NCBI GenBank assembly: GCA_963809895.1
Contig: CAWELD010000003.1
Location: 288,001 to 352,000, forward strand
Direction of reading: 5' to 3'
DNA length: 64,000 nucleotides
Origin: an uncultured Gemmatimonadales bacterium
GTDB taxonomy: Bacteria > Gemmatimonadota > Gemmatimonadetes > Longimicrobiales > Gaopeijiaceae
Under the pieces are notes generated by a model. That model ran no database searches, was not told where the DNA came from, and saw only the letters and a program-made list of their open reading frames with translations. Below, one piece after another: positions 35,029 through 44,821 of the stretch. The position numbers were made by a program, and so were the translations under genes. Within the stretch, counting starts at the first letter, position 1; every line of letters begins with the position of its first letter.

Positions 35029-36961
35029 TACGGTTGTCCGCTGCCGAGGTCGGTGAGGGTCGCCGCTCCGGCGTGCGTCCGCTTCCCGACGACGCCATCC
35101 AGCTCTCCAGGAGGAGGAGCAGGAGGGCGGCCAGGAGCAGCGGGCGCCAGAGCTCGTGTCCCTGCCGGCTCGTGAAGGTCTCGCGGCTCCAGGCTCGTGG
35201 CGTCGCGACGCTGATCACGCCGTCGCCCACGCGCTCCTGGAGGGCGTCCTGCGGGAGTGGATCGAGCAACGACTCGCGCACCGAGGCGTTGAGCGCCACC
35301 CTGGCCAGGACGGAATCTTCCCGGAGAATCGTGTAGATCCCGGGATCCCGCGTCGTTCGAAGCTCACTCGTACCGTCCACGGGGGTCCGGGTTCCGTCGG
35401 GCGACTCCACCTCGGTGGCGGCGGACGGAAGGGGGAGCGCCTCGCCCGTGAGCCTCGGCTGCGCGGACGCCGCCGCACCCCATCCCGAGAGCGCCCACTC
35501 GAGGAAGGGGACCATGGCGGCGTCGACGGGAAGGGTGGTGGCGTCGGCGTCCAGCGGCGACCCCAGCAGCAGGTACGACGCGGCGCCCACGTCTTCGGAG
35601 ATCAGCCAGGGCTCTCCGTCGGAGAGGCGGACCAGGACCGAGGCCGAGGGAGGGGCACCTTCGGGAGGCGCGAGACGATAGTGGCGGCGCACGCGCACCC
35701 CGTCGAGGGACAGCGGGACCCGGCTCTCGCCGACCCCGGCTTCACCACCCGTTTCCAGGGATTCGTAGCGCCAGGGGACCTGGGCGTCGGCGAGACGGCG
35801 GTTGAGGGCCGGGAGCAGCGCGGGATCGGCAGGGGGGACGACGATCCGGCGCGCCGCACGCGTGTCGCCGATGCCTGCGCCCCCGCCAGCCAGCAACACG
35901 TCTGCGGGCTGGCTCGGGCCGGCCGCGGCGAGGCGACCGCCCTCCTCGAGCACCGCCAGCGCCTCGCGCGCGAAGGTGCCCGGGTCTCCGGCCGACTCGA
36001 CCCGGGGCGGCGGCCGCACGTCGAAGGCCAGGTAGCGGCGATCGTCGGCGCGCAGCTCGTCGGGGTCGGCCTCGGCGTAGCCCTGGACGGAGCCGGTGGG
36101 GAAGGGCCCCACCGGCAGCACGGCGCTCCCGCCCGGACGCACGCTGGTGGCGCCTCGTACGCGCGCTTCCAGGAGGAGCCGCACCGTGACGGCGGCGGTA
36201 TCGGTGGGGGATCCGCCGAGCGCCACGGTGACGTCGGTGCGCCGGTTGGCCAATGGGGGAAGGCCACCGCCCGCGCTCGCGTCGCGCAGATAGTGGTTGG
36301 GCCCCGGCTCCGGAATCCCCGTGAACACCACCACGGGGACGCCGTCGGCCGGCGCGGCCCCGTCGCCGAAGGCCGACGCCTGGAGATCGGAGAGGAGCTG
36401 GATCTCCGCCGCCGGCAGGTCGGACTCGCGCACGAGGCCGGCGGCCCTACGAAGCGCCTCGTCGAGATCGCCCCGCGTTCCGGTGACCTCGGTCTCGGCC
36501 ACACGGCGCCGTGCCTGGGCCGGCGGACCGGGCACCGCCACCTCCCAGGGCTCCCCCGCGCGAATCACCCAGATGCGATCTTCCGGCGCCGCAGCGTCCA
36601 ACGATGCGTCGGCCAGCTCCCGGAGCCGGTCCAGGACCCGCTCGTCACCCACCACGCGCCCGGAGCTGAGGGAGTTGTCGACGATGAGTACCAGGGCGGT
36701 GGGCAGGTGGGCCGCCCCGCGGCCTCGCAGGAAGAGCCGTGCACCGGCGGCGACCAGCACCAGGACGGTCAGCACCCGCACCACCAGCAACAGGAGCTGT
36801 CGGGTGCGGATACGGCGGGCGTGCTCCCGTTCGGTGCGCAGCAGGTAGCGCAGCGCGGGGAACAGCACCGTGCGGCTCTCGTGGCGATGGAAGAGGTGCA
36901 GCACCAGCGGCACCGCCACGGCGGCGGCCGCCAGCAAGAAGAGGGGGTTCAGCCAGCCCAC
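35012..36961 (-). CDS. BatA N-terminal domain / vWA domain membrane protein
   Basis: MGWLNPLFLL...PLVLHL...FPALRYL BatA motif; IVDNSLS MIDAS-like motif; C-terminal ELWRPLLLAALLLLLLE. Confidence 0.85.
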
Positions 36962-36977
36962 GACACGCGCCTCCGCC

Positions 36978-37895
36978 TCACCCGAGCCGCTCTCGCTTCC
37001 GCAGGTAGGCGCGCAACGCCAGCGACAGCGGGCGGTCCGTGTCCACGATCTCGTAGTCGATCCCGTGGGGCTTGAGACTCCGCTGCCACTCGTCGAGGGC
37101 GCGGCGCACGGCGTCCCGGTACTCGGAGCGCACGTCGGCTACGCTCACCTGGAGCTCGGCCTGGGTCTCGGGATCCACGAAGCGCGCCTCCGCCGCCGCC
37201 GGGAGCTCGCGCTCGCCGGGGTCGATGAGGTGGAAGACCAGCACCTCGTGGCCGCGGTGGCGGAGGAAGCGCAGCGCCGTGCGGGTCTCGTCGGGGTCCA
37301 CCAGGAGGTCGGAGAGGAGGATGACCAGCCCTCGACGTCTGAGCCGGGTCGCCAGGTCGCGGAGGGCCGTCTGTGCCGCGGTGCGCCCGCCGGGCTGCAG
37401 GGCCCCGAGTTGCCGCACCAGCTCGTGCCACTGGCGACGGCCGCCCCGGGGATGGACCCGTTGCACCACCTGCTCGTGGAAGGCGGTCATCCCCACCGTG
37501 TCCCCCTGGCGCAGGAGGATCAGCGCCAGTGCCGCCGCGAGGTGGCGGGCGTACCAGAGCTTGGTGGGCAGCGTCGCATCCGAGCTCCATCCCATGGAAG
37601 CGCTCACGTCCATGAGAAGGTACGCTCGGAGATTGGTCTCCTCTTCGAACTGCTTCACGTAGAACCGGTCCGAGCGGCCATACATGCGCCAGTCGATGTA
37701 GCGCAGGTCGTCACCGGGCTGATACGCTCGAAGCTCCGCGAACTCGGCGGAGAACCCCCGATGGGGCGAGCGGTGTAGACCCATGAGGAACCCCTCCACC
37801 ACCTCGCGGGCGATGAGCTCCACGCCCCCGAGCTGAGCGAGGGTCGCTGGGTCCATGAGGTCGGGCCGGACGGCCGTGGGTTCGTGGGAAGACAT
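36978..37895 (-). CDS. DUF58 / vWA domain protein
   Basis: GLHRSPHRGFSAEFAELRAYQPGDDLRYIDW, VKQFEEETN and DVSASM motifs. Confidence 0.92.
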   Translation of the reverse strand: MSSHEPTAVRPDLMDPATLAQLGGVELIAREVVEGFLMGLHRSPHRGFSAEFAELRAYQPGDDLRYIDWRMYGRSDRFYVKQFEEETNLRAYLLMDVSASMGWSSDATLPTKLWYARHLAAALALILLRQGDTVGMTAFHEQVVQRVHPRGGRRQWHELVRQLGALQPGGRTAAQTALRDLATRLRRRGLVILLSDLLVDPDETRTALRFLRHRGHEVLVFHLIDPGERELPAAAEARFVDPETQAELQVSVADVRSEYRDAVRRALDEWQRSLKPHGIDYEIVDTDRPLSLALRAYLRKRERLG

Positions 37896-38114
37896 GAGCG
37901 CCGGAACCTAGAGGCCTGCGCGGTCCGCCACAATGCGGGTCCGGTGGGTGTCCACCCACGGGTCCTGGACCCGTCCACTCTCGTGGACACCGAGCAGCTC
38001 GACGGGCGGGTTTCCCGGCGCGGAAGGGCAGGCTGCGGCGCGCTCCGGGGCCTGGCACGGCCCGTGCGACGGAGTTCATCGGATCGATGTACCTGGCGGG
38101 ACGCGGGAGGAAGG

Positions 38115-39647
38115 ATGCCTGGCACGGCACGAGGCACAATGCGAGTGGGTCGGACCCTGGCGGCGCTGGCGATCACGCTGGCGGCCTCGGGTGCGGTCAC
38201 GCGTGCCATGGCGCAGCAGCCGGAGCTGACGGCTCGTATCTGGACCGACCGAAGCGAGGACGCGATCCTGCACCGCGGCGAGCGTCTCCGGCTCTACTAC
38301 CGCACGGCCGCCGACGCCTACGTGGCGATCTTCCAGATCGACACCAACGGCACCGTGCGTCTCGTCTATCCCCGCTCGCCCGAAGAGAACCACTACGTGC
38401 GGGGAGGGCGGGACTACAGGCTGCTCTTCCCCAGCGCCACCTGGTGGTACGTGCAGGATGATCCGGGCGTCGGGTACTTCTTCGTGGTGGCCTCTCCCGA
38501 GCCCTTCGACTTCAACGATCTGCGCTACTCGCACTACGAAGGCGGTTGGGACCTCTCCACGGTGGGGCGCAACGTCTACACGGATCCGTACGTGGCCATG
38601 GACGACTACGTGGCCACCCTGGTTCCGGATTGGGAGTACGTGCCCTACGCGTTGGACTTCCTCGAGTACTCGGTGGAGGACCGGTACGAGTATCCCCGTT
38701 TCCTCTGCTACGACTGTCACACCTTCCGGCCGTACTACACCTGGAACCCGTACCTCTATACCTGCACGAGCTTCCGGGTGGTCGTCTACGACAACCCCTA
38801 CTACTACCCGTCCACGCGTTATCGCGGGGACCAGGTCGTGTACGTGCGTCCTCCCTCTCCCGGTCAGCCCCGCTTCACCTTCAAGGAGCGCGGACGTGGC
38901 GAGGCCGGAACGCCCCTCGTCGTGGAACGGCCCCAGGTGGGGCGGCTCCCGGGTGTGCCGGGCAGCGCCCAGCCGAGACGCTCCACGGCCGGCATCGGAT
39001 CCGGTGGTGAGGCGCGGGGCTCGGTCCCCACGCGCAACGCCCCGGTCCCCATCCGCGGTCTCGGGGATCCGCGGGCGACGCCCCGCAGTTCTACGGGCCG
39101 TCCGTCCGATGCCCTGCCGGGGCGTGGCAACCCCGTCGGCGCCCCGCTGCCGGGCACCACGCAGCGGTCGGGTGGTGATCCCGGCACGCAGCGCCCGCCC
39201 GCCGGCGTGGACAGTCGCAAGCGACCCATTCTGCAGCGCCGGCCCACCGGGAGCGGCGGCAGCGGAGGGAGCACCCGCCCGACGCAGGCCCTGCCCAGGA
39301 CGAGCGGTGGCGGCTCGGCGCTGCCGACCCGGCCGACCGTGAGGCCTACCACGGGAGGCGGCGGCTCCTCTACCGGCTCGCCGACGCGGCGACCCGTGGT
39401 GCGCAAGCCCACCGGCGGTGGATCGTCATCGCCCCCGAAGCCCGTCGTTCGCAAGCCGCCCAAGACCGGCGGCGGCGGCGGATCGTCTCCGCCAGCGCGG
39501 CCCGTGGTGCGCAAGCCGCCCAGGACCGGCGGCGGTGGCGGATCGTCACCGCCCTCGAGGCCCGTCGTCCGTAAGCCGCCCAGGACCGGCGGCGGAGGCG
39601 GATCGGCGAGTCCCCCGCGCCGTGCCGGAGGCGGGGGCGGCTTCTGA
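38115..39647 (+). CDS. Secreted DUF4384-like protein with Tyr-rich region, CYDCH motif and Pro/Gly/Arg-rich repeat tail
   Basis: Signal peptide (AMA|Q); GERLRLYYRTAADAYVAIFQIDTNGTVRLVYP DUF4384-like segment; start at 38115 or 38139. Confidence 0.75.
   Translation: MPGTARGTMRVGRTLAALAITLAASGAVTRAMAQQPELTARIWTDRSEDAILHRGERLRLYYRTAADAYVAIFQIDTNGTVRLVYPRSPEENHYVRGGRDYRLLFPSATWWYVQDDPGVGYFFVVASPEPFDFNDLRYSHYEGGWDLSTVGRNVYTDPYVAMDDYVATLVPDWEYVPYALDFLEYSVEDRYEYPRFLCYDCHTFRPYYTWNPYLYTCTSFRVVVYDNPYYYPSTRYRGDQVVYVRPPSPGQPRFTFKERGRGEAGTPLVVERPQVGRLPGVPGSAQPRRSTAGIGSGGEARGSVPTRNAPVPIRGLGDPRATPRSSTGRPSDALPGRGNPVGAPLPGTTQRSGGDPGTQRPPAGVDSRKRPILQRRPTGSGGSGGSTRPTQALPRTSGGGSALPTRPTVRPTTGGGGSSTGSPTRRPVVRKPTGGGSSSPPKPVVRKPPKTGGGGGSSPPARPVVRKPPRTGGGGGSSPPSRPVVRKPPRTGGGGGSASPPRRAGGGGGF
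39393..39616 (+). repeat. Coding tandem repeat, period 60 bp (PVVRKPPRTGGGGGSSPP.. x about 4)
   Basis: GATCGTC/GATCGGC recurs at 39421, 39481, 39541 and 39601. Confidence 0.9.
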
Positions 39648-39653
39648 GGGCCG

Positions 39654-39671
39654 CCGGGCCGATCGGCCCGG
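39654..39671 (+). terminator. Palindrome after the DUF4384-like gene
   Basis: CCGGGCCGATCGGCCCGG perfect palindrome. Confidence 0.4.
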
Positions 39672-39794
39672 TTACCGGTAAGCGCGCGCGGCACGGACGC
39701 CGATTGTTGGGCGGGCCCGGGCCGCCGTTAGCTTTTCCCGCTCGCCGGCCCTCGCGGCCCGGCACGCGCTCCCCCGTCTCCAGCGACCTGTTCA

Positions 39795-41597
39795 GTGCGC
39801 CTCGATCACATCCGGAATTTCTGCATCGTCGCACACATCGACCACGGCAAGTCCACCCTGGCCGACCGTCTTCTCGAGCAGACGGCCACGCTGGACCGCC
39901 GACAGATGCGTGAGCAGGTCCTGGACTCCAACGAGCTGGAGCGGGAGCGGGGGATCACCATCAAGCTCCACGCCGTGCGCATGGACTACGTGGCGAGGGA
40001 CGGTGACAGCTACGAGCTGAACCTCATCGACACGCCCGGCCACGTGGACTTCACCTACGAGGTGTCGCGTTCCCTGGCGGCGTGCGAGGGCGCGATCCTG
40101 GTGGTGGACGCCACCCAGGGGGTGCAGGCCCAGACGCTCTCCAACCTCTTTCTGGCGCTGGACGCGGACCTGGAGATCATCCCGGTCATCAACAAGATCG
40201 ACCTGCCCGGGGCCGAGCCCGAACGGCGGCGCGAGGAGGTGGCGGACCTGTTGGGGGTGGACCGGGACACGGTGCTCCTGGCCAGCGCCAAGGAAGGCAT
40301 CGGCGTGCCGGAGATCCTGGAGGCCGTGGTCGAGCGGGTGCCGCCGCCGACCGGTGATCCCGACGCCCCCCTGCGTGCGCTCATCTTCGACTCGTACTAC
40401 GACAAGTACCTGGGCGCCGTCCCCTCGATCCGCGTCGTGGACGGCCAGCTCCGCCCCGGCATGACCGTCGCCTTCGGCGCGGTGGACGCCCGCTACGAGG
40501 TGACGGAGGTCGGGTACATGCGGCTGGGTCGGGTCAAGCAGGATCTGCTGGGACCCGGCGAGGTGGGCTACCTGGTGGCGGCCATCAAGGAGGTGGGGGA
40601 CACGCGCCCGGGAGACACGATCTTCGACGCGGAGCAACCGCCGGGCGAGCTCCTGCCGGGCTACCAGGAGGTTCGCCCCATGGTGTTCGCGGGCCTCTAT
40701 CCCACCGATTCGGACGACTACGAGGATCTCCGCGACGCCCTGGACAAGCTCAAGCTCAACGACGCCTCGCTCCACTTCGAGCCGGAGACGTCGGCGGCAC
40801 TGGGGTTCGGCTTCCGTTGTGGATTCCTCGGGCTCCTGCACATGGAAATCGTGCAGGAGCGGCTGGACCGGGAGTTCGGTGTGGACCTCATCACCACCGT
40901 GCCCAACGTGGAATACCACCTGCGACTCACCGACGGCACGGAGCTGGAGGTGGAGAGCCCCACCAACATGCCCGAGAGAGGTCGCATCGAGTCCGTCTCC
41001 GAGCCGGTGGTGAAGGTGCGCATCGTGGTGCCCGCCGACTACATCGGCAACGTGCAGAAGCTCGCCCACGACCGGCGGGGAGTCTTCACGCACATGGGGT
41101 ATCTGGACACGCAGCGCGTGGAGATCGACTACGAGCTGCCCCTGGCCGAGATCATCCTGGACTTCTACGACAAGCTCAAGAGCGGGACCCGGGGCTTCGC
41201 CGCCATGGACTACGAGTTCCTGGAGTACCGTGAGGACGACCTGGTGAAGCTCGACATCCTGGTCAACGCGGATCCGGTGGACGCCTTCAGCGTGATCATC
41301 CATCGTGACAAGGCCTACGAGTACGGACGGGAGATGACCCGCAGGCTCAAGGAGCTGATTCCGCGGCAGCAGTTCGAGGTGGTCCTGCAGGCGGCCATCG
41401 GCCAGAAGATCATCGCCCGCGAGACGGTGAAGCCGCTCCGCAAGAACGTGACGGCCAAGTGCTACGGCGGTGACATCACCCGCAAGCGCAAGCTCCTGGA
41501 GAAGCAGAAGGAAGGAAAGAAGCGCATGAAGCAGGTGGGAACGGTGGAGATTCCCCAGGAAGCCTTCCTCGCGGTACTCAGCCTGGGCGAGGACTGA
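39795..41597 (+). CDS. lepA: Translation elongation factor 4
   Basis: [43 protein letters not shown] and [18 protein letters not shown] motifs. Confidence 0.98.
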   Translation: MRLDHIRNFCIVAHIDHGKSTLADRLLEQTATLDRRQMREQVLDSNELERERGITIKLHAVRMDYVARDGDSYELNLIDTPGHVDFTYEVSRSLAACEGAILVVDATQGVQAQTLSNLFLALDADLEIIPVINKIDLPGAEPERRREEVADLLGVDRDTVLLASAKEGIGVPEILEAVVERVPPPTGDPDAPLRALIFDSYYDKYLGAVPSIRVVDGQLRPGMTVAFGAVDARYEVTEVGYMRLGRVKQDLLGPGEVGYLVAAIKEVGDTRPGDTIFDAEQPPGELLPGYQEVRPMVFAGLYPTDSDDYEDLRDALDKLKLNDASLHFEPETSAALGFGFRCGFLGLLHMEIVQERLDREFGVDLITTVPNVEYHLRLTDGTELEVESPTNMPERGRIESVSEPVVKVRIVVPADYIGNVQKLAHDRRGVFTHMGYLDTQRVEIDYELPLAEIILDFYDKLKSGTRGFAAMDYEFLEYREDDLVKLDILVNADPVDAFSVIIHRDKAYEYGREMTRRLKELIPRQQFEVVLQAAIGQKIIARETVKPLRKNVTAKCYGGDITRKRKLLEKQKEGKKRMKQVGTVEIPQEAFLAVLSLGED

Positions 41598-41639
41598 GCC
41601 GCGGCCGGAGCTCGCGGTCCGACATTCCCGGAGGACACG

Positions 41640-42638
41640 GTGGCGGACGGACGCTGGATCATCGGAGTGGACATCGGCGGTACCAACCTCGTGGTGGGGG
41701 TTCTGCCCAGGGGTGGGGGTGAGCCCCTCGCCCTGCGCTCCCGTGCCACCGAGGCCTCACGCGGCGCCGACGCCGTGGTGACCGACGTGGTGCGCATGGC
41801 CCGGGACGCGGCCCGGGAAGTGCTCCAGGAGCACGGCGACGGGTGGGACCAGATCCTGGGGATGGGTGTGGGGTCACCCGGTCCCGTGGATCGATCGTCG
41901 GGGCTGGTCCTGGAGAGCCCGAACCTGGGCTGGCGCGCCTTCCCGCTCCGGGACCGTGTCCAGGCGCTGGTGGACTGGCCGGTGGCGGTGGACAACGACG
42001 CCAACTGCGCGACGCTGGGCGAGTGGTGGCAGGGTGCCGGTCGGGGGCTCGACCCGCTGGTGGGCATCGTGGTGGGCACGGGCATCGGTGGGGGATACAT
42101 CCTGGACGGACGGCTGGTGCACGGCGCCTCCGACGGGGCCGGTGAGGTCGGGCACACCACCATCAACGTGGCCGGCCGGCGCTGTGCCTGTGGCAACTAC
42201 GGGTGTCTGGAGGCCTACGCCTCGGGGCCCAACATCGCCGCCCGGGCCCGGGAAGGGATCGAAGCCGGAGCCGAGTCGCTGCTCACCTCCATGGTGGACG
42301 GAGATCTGTCGGTCATCACCGCCGCCACCGTCTACGAGGCGGTGGCCCAGCAGGACGCGTACGCCACCGAGGTGATGAACGAGACGGCCAAGATGCTGGG
42401 CGCCGGGGTCGCCAACGTGATCAACCTCCTGAACCCACGGGCCGTGGTCATCATGGGCGGGGTGACCCGGGCGGGCGCGCACCTGTTCGCGCCGCTCAAG
42501 GCCGAGGTGCGGCGCCGCGCCTTCCGGGTGTTGGCCGAAGCGTGCGAACTGCTGCCGGCGGCGCTTCCGGCGACCGCCGGGGTGGTGGGCGCGGCGGGGG
42601 TCCTCAAGCTGGAGCTCCTGGGCGACGTGGAGGGCTAG
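41640..42638 (+). CDS. ROK family sugar kinase (glucokinase-like)
   Basis: GVDIGGT, DNDANCA, GTGIGGG and GEVGH...CACGNYGCLEAYAS motifs. Confidence 0.93.
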   Translation: MADGRWIIGVDIGGTNLVVGVLPRGGGEPLALRSRATEASRGADAVVTDVVRMARDAAREVLQEHGDGWDQILGMGVGSPGPVDRSSGLVLESPNLGWRAFPLRDRVQALVDWPVAVDNDANCATLGEWWQGAGRGLDPLVGIVVGTGIGGGYILDGRLVHGASDGAGEVGHTTINVAGRRCACGNYGCLEAYASGPNIAARAREGIEAGAESLLTSMVDGDLSVITAATVYEAVAQQDAYATEVMNETAKMLGAGVANVINLLNPRAVVIMGGVTRAGAHLFAPLKAEVRRRAFRVLAEACELLPAALPATAGVVGAAGVLKLELLGDVEG

Positions 42639-42940
42639 CAGGTCGCGGAAGAAGGGGAGTACCCCGCGCGCATGGCGCTTCCGCGCGTTCAGAGTAGGAA
42701 CGACGAGGAGTCGTAGCAGCGCTACGGCGACAAGGAGAGACGACCTATCAGCCGCGGAACCGCCATGCGCCCATCAACATGCGGGCTATGAACTTGGAAG
42801 GCAGAGGGTTGGGGCGGCACGGCCCCTCCTCCGTCGTTGAAGCTCCTAGACGTAGCTTTGGCTATGCCTTCGTCGCTTCGCCTAGGTTGAGGGGCCGTGG
42901 CGCTCCCAACGCGGGGTGCTCCCCTTCTTCCGCGACCTGC
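42638..42940. mobile_element. MITE-like non-autonomous element, 303 bp, 31-bp TIRs, TA target duplication
   Basis: GCAGGTCGCGGAAGAAGGGGAG(T/C)ACCCCGCG inverted at both ends (30/31 match); TA at 42636-37 and 42941-42; two long internal hairpin arms. Confidence 0.8.
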
Positions 42941-42944
42941 TAAG

Positions 42945-43931
42945 GTGCCGAGGCTGTGCGCGCTCGGAACCCTGGTGTGGGACACCATCGTGGCCAGGGA
43001 CGGTCGCGAGGCACCCGTGAAGGAGTGGGGCGGCATGGCCTACGCCTTCGGAGCCCTGGCCGCGGGTCTCCCCGCGTCGTGGGAGCTGGTCCCGGTCGTG
43101 AAGGTGGGACGGGATCTTGCGGAACCTGCGATGAGATTTCTCAGGTCATTGCCCCACAGCGACTTGACGTCTGGAGTTCGAGTCGTACCTGAACCGAACA
43201 ACCGGGTCGAGCTGCGCTATTTCGAAGGGGCCCGCCGCACGGAGCGGCTGTCCGGGGGCGTGCCCTCGTGGAGCTGGCCCGAGCTGGCGCCCATCGTGCG
43301 CTCCTGCGACGCCCTCTACGTCAACTTCATCTCGGGTTTCGAGCTGGAGCTCGACGTGGCCCGGTCGCTGCGCGCGGCGTATCCAGGCCCCACCTACGCG
43401 GACCTGCACTCCCTCTTTCTGGGCGTGGGCCGACAGGGGCTGCGCGTTCCGCGGGAGCTGCCGTCGTCGGGGGCCTGGCTGCGCTGCTTCGATGCGGTCC
43501 AGATGAACGAGGGCGAGTTCGAGCTCCTGGGGCGCGCCTGGGGCGATCCCTGGAGGCTCGCCGCAGAGGTGGTGGGCACCGAGTTGAAGCTCGTGTTGGT
43601 GACGCTGGGGGAGCGGGGCGCTGCCTACGTCACCGGACCGGGCTTTCGTCCCGATCCGGCGGCGTGGCCCGGCATGCGTCATCAGGTGGGTGTGGCCGGC
43701 GCCAGCCGCAGCGGCCACATGCCGCTGGCCGAGGGGCGGTTGGAGGGAGACCCCACAGGTTGCGGAGACGTGTGGGGAGCCACTTTCTTTGCACGTCTCC
43801 TGGCGGGCGACGCGCTGGACGCGGCCATCACGACCGCCAACGCCCGGGCTGCCCGCAACGTTCTGCATCGGGGCGCCCGGGGTCTCCACAGCTACCTGCT
43901 CGGCCGGCTGGCCGAGGGAACCGATCCGTGA
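42945..43931 (+). CDS. PfkB-family carbohydrate kinase-like protein
   Basis: WGGMAY, QMNEGE, VTLGERGA and DPTGCGDVWGA motifs; GTG start just after the inserted element. Confidence 0.85.
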   Translation: MPRLCALGTLVWDTIVARDGREAPVKEWGGMAYAFGALAAGLPASWELVPVVKVGRDLAEPAMRFLRSLPHSDLTSGVRVVPEPNNRVELRYFEGARRTERLSGGVPSWSWPELAPIVRSCDALYVNFISGFELELDVARSLRAAYPGPTYADLHSLFLGVGRQGLRVPRELPSSGAWLRCFDAVQMNEGEFELLGRAWGDPWRLAAEVVGTELKLVLVTLGERGAAYVTGPGFRPDPAAWPGMRHQVGVAGASRSGHMPLAEGRLEGDPTGCGDVWGATFFARLLAGDALDAAITTANARAARNVLHRGARGLHSYLLGRLAEGTDP

Positions 43932-44821
43932 ACGTCATCCCTTTGCCCGGGTCCCTGGATCACCGGACGCTGGACGGCTTCCTGGACGCCACCGCCGGCG
44001 CCGTCGGTGAGCGGATCCTCTTCGACGCCCGTCATCTGCGTTGGGTGGACCCTTCGGGGCTCGTGGGCCTGTTGGCGGCGGCGCGCCACGCCCAGCAGCA
44101 GGCCGGGGCCCGTCCCCGCATCCAGCTTCCCGAATCGCAGCAGGTGCTGGGCTACATGGCCCGCATGGGCTTCTTCCAGGCGGCCGAGGACATCCTGGAG
44201 ACGGACCAACGGCCCTCGCGGCGGGGTCAGGGCGACACCGACGTCCTCCTGGAGATCACGCCCATCACCACCAACGCCGACGTGCACCAGGTGGTGGACC
44301 GGGTCCAGCGCACCGCGGGCGCCATCCTCACCCGCACGCTGCACTACCCCGTGACGGCCGTGGTCCAGTTCAGCGTCATCCTGTCGGAGGTGTGCCAGAA
44401 CATCCTCGAGCACGCCCAGGCTCCGGGATGGGTGGCCGCGCAGGCGTACAACTGGCAGAAGCGGCTGGGGCGCCACGTGCTCGCCGTGGCGGTGGCCGAC
44501 CTGGGGATCGGCTTCCGCGGCTCGCTGGCCGATGAGCATTCGGCCCGTTTCGGTGACCGCTGGGGCGACGCCACCGCGCTGGAAGCCGCGTTCATCCACG
44601 GTCTGACGCGCTTTCCGGACTCGGGCCGAGGGCAGGGGATCCAGCAGATGCGGAAGCAGGTGCGCAAGTGGAACGGGGCCATCTCGATCCGCAGCGGCAC
44701 GGCCCGCATCGCCGACGTGCCGGACTGGGACGACGCGCCGCCTCTGCAGGACGGGCTGGCGGCCTTTCCGGGCTCCCAGATCTACATCCTCCTGCCCGGG
44801 CGGGAGGACGCGGATGCCTGA
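43928..44821 (+). CDS. STAS-like domain fused to a GHKL/HATPase_c (anti-sigma-kinase-like) domain
   Basis: FDARHLRWVDPSG STAS motif; SEVCQNILEHA (N box), VADLGIGF (G1) and GRGQGI (G2); GTG start overlaps the upstream stop. Confidence 0.8.
   Translation: MNVIPLPGSLDHRTLDGFLDATAGAVGERILFDARHLRWVDPSGLVGLLAAARHAQQQAGARPRIQLPESQQVLGYMARMGFFQAAEDILETDQRPSRRGQGDTDVLLEITPITTNADVHQVVDRVQRTAGAILTRTLHYPVTAVVQFSVILSEVCQNILEHAQAPGWVAAQAYNWQKRLGRHVLAVAVADLGIGFRGSLADEHSARFGDRWGDATALEAAFIHGLTRFPDSGRGQGIQQMRKQVRKWNGAISIRSGTARIADVPDWDDAPPLQDGLAAFPGSQIYILLPGREDADA

Noticed and set aside
39393..39616. 60-bp periodic repeats as a possible CRISPR array
   Set aside because: Repeats are in-frame, contiguous and vary mostly at synonymous positions; there are no unique spacers and no cas genes.
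42638..42940. 6S RNA, SRP, tmRNA or RNase P identity for the structured intergenic region
   Set aside because: No recognisable conserved motifs of these RNAs; TIRs, TA duplication and a clean empty-site reconstruction fit an inserted element better. An Rfam scan would settle it.
42897..42944. N-terminal extension of the PfkB ORF given in the ORF track
   Set aside because: It lies inside the right TIR of the inserted element; GTG 42945 is the more plausible start.
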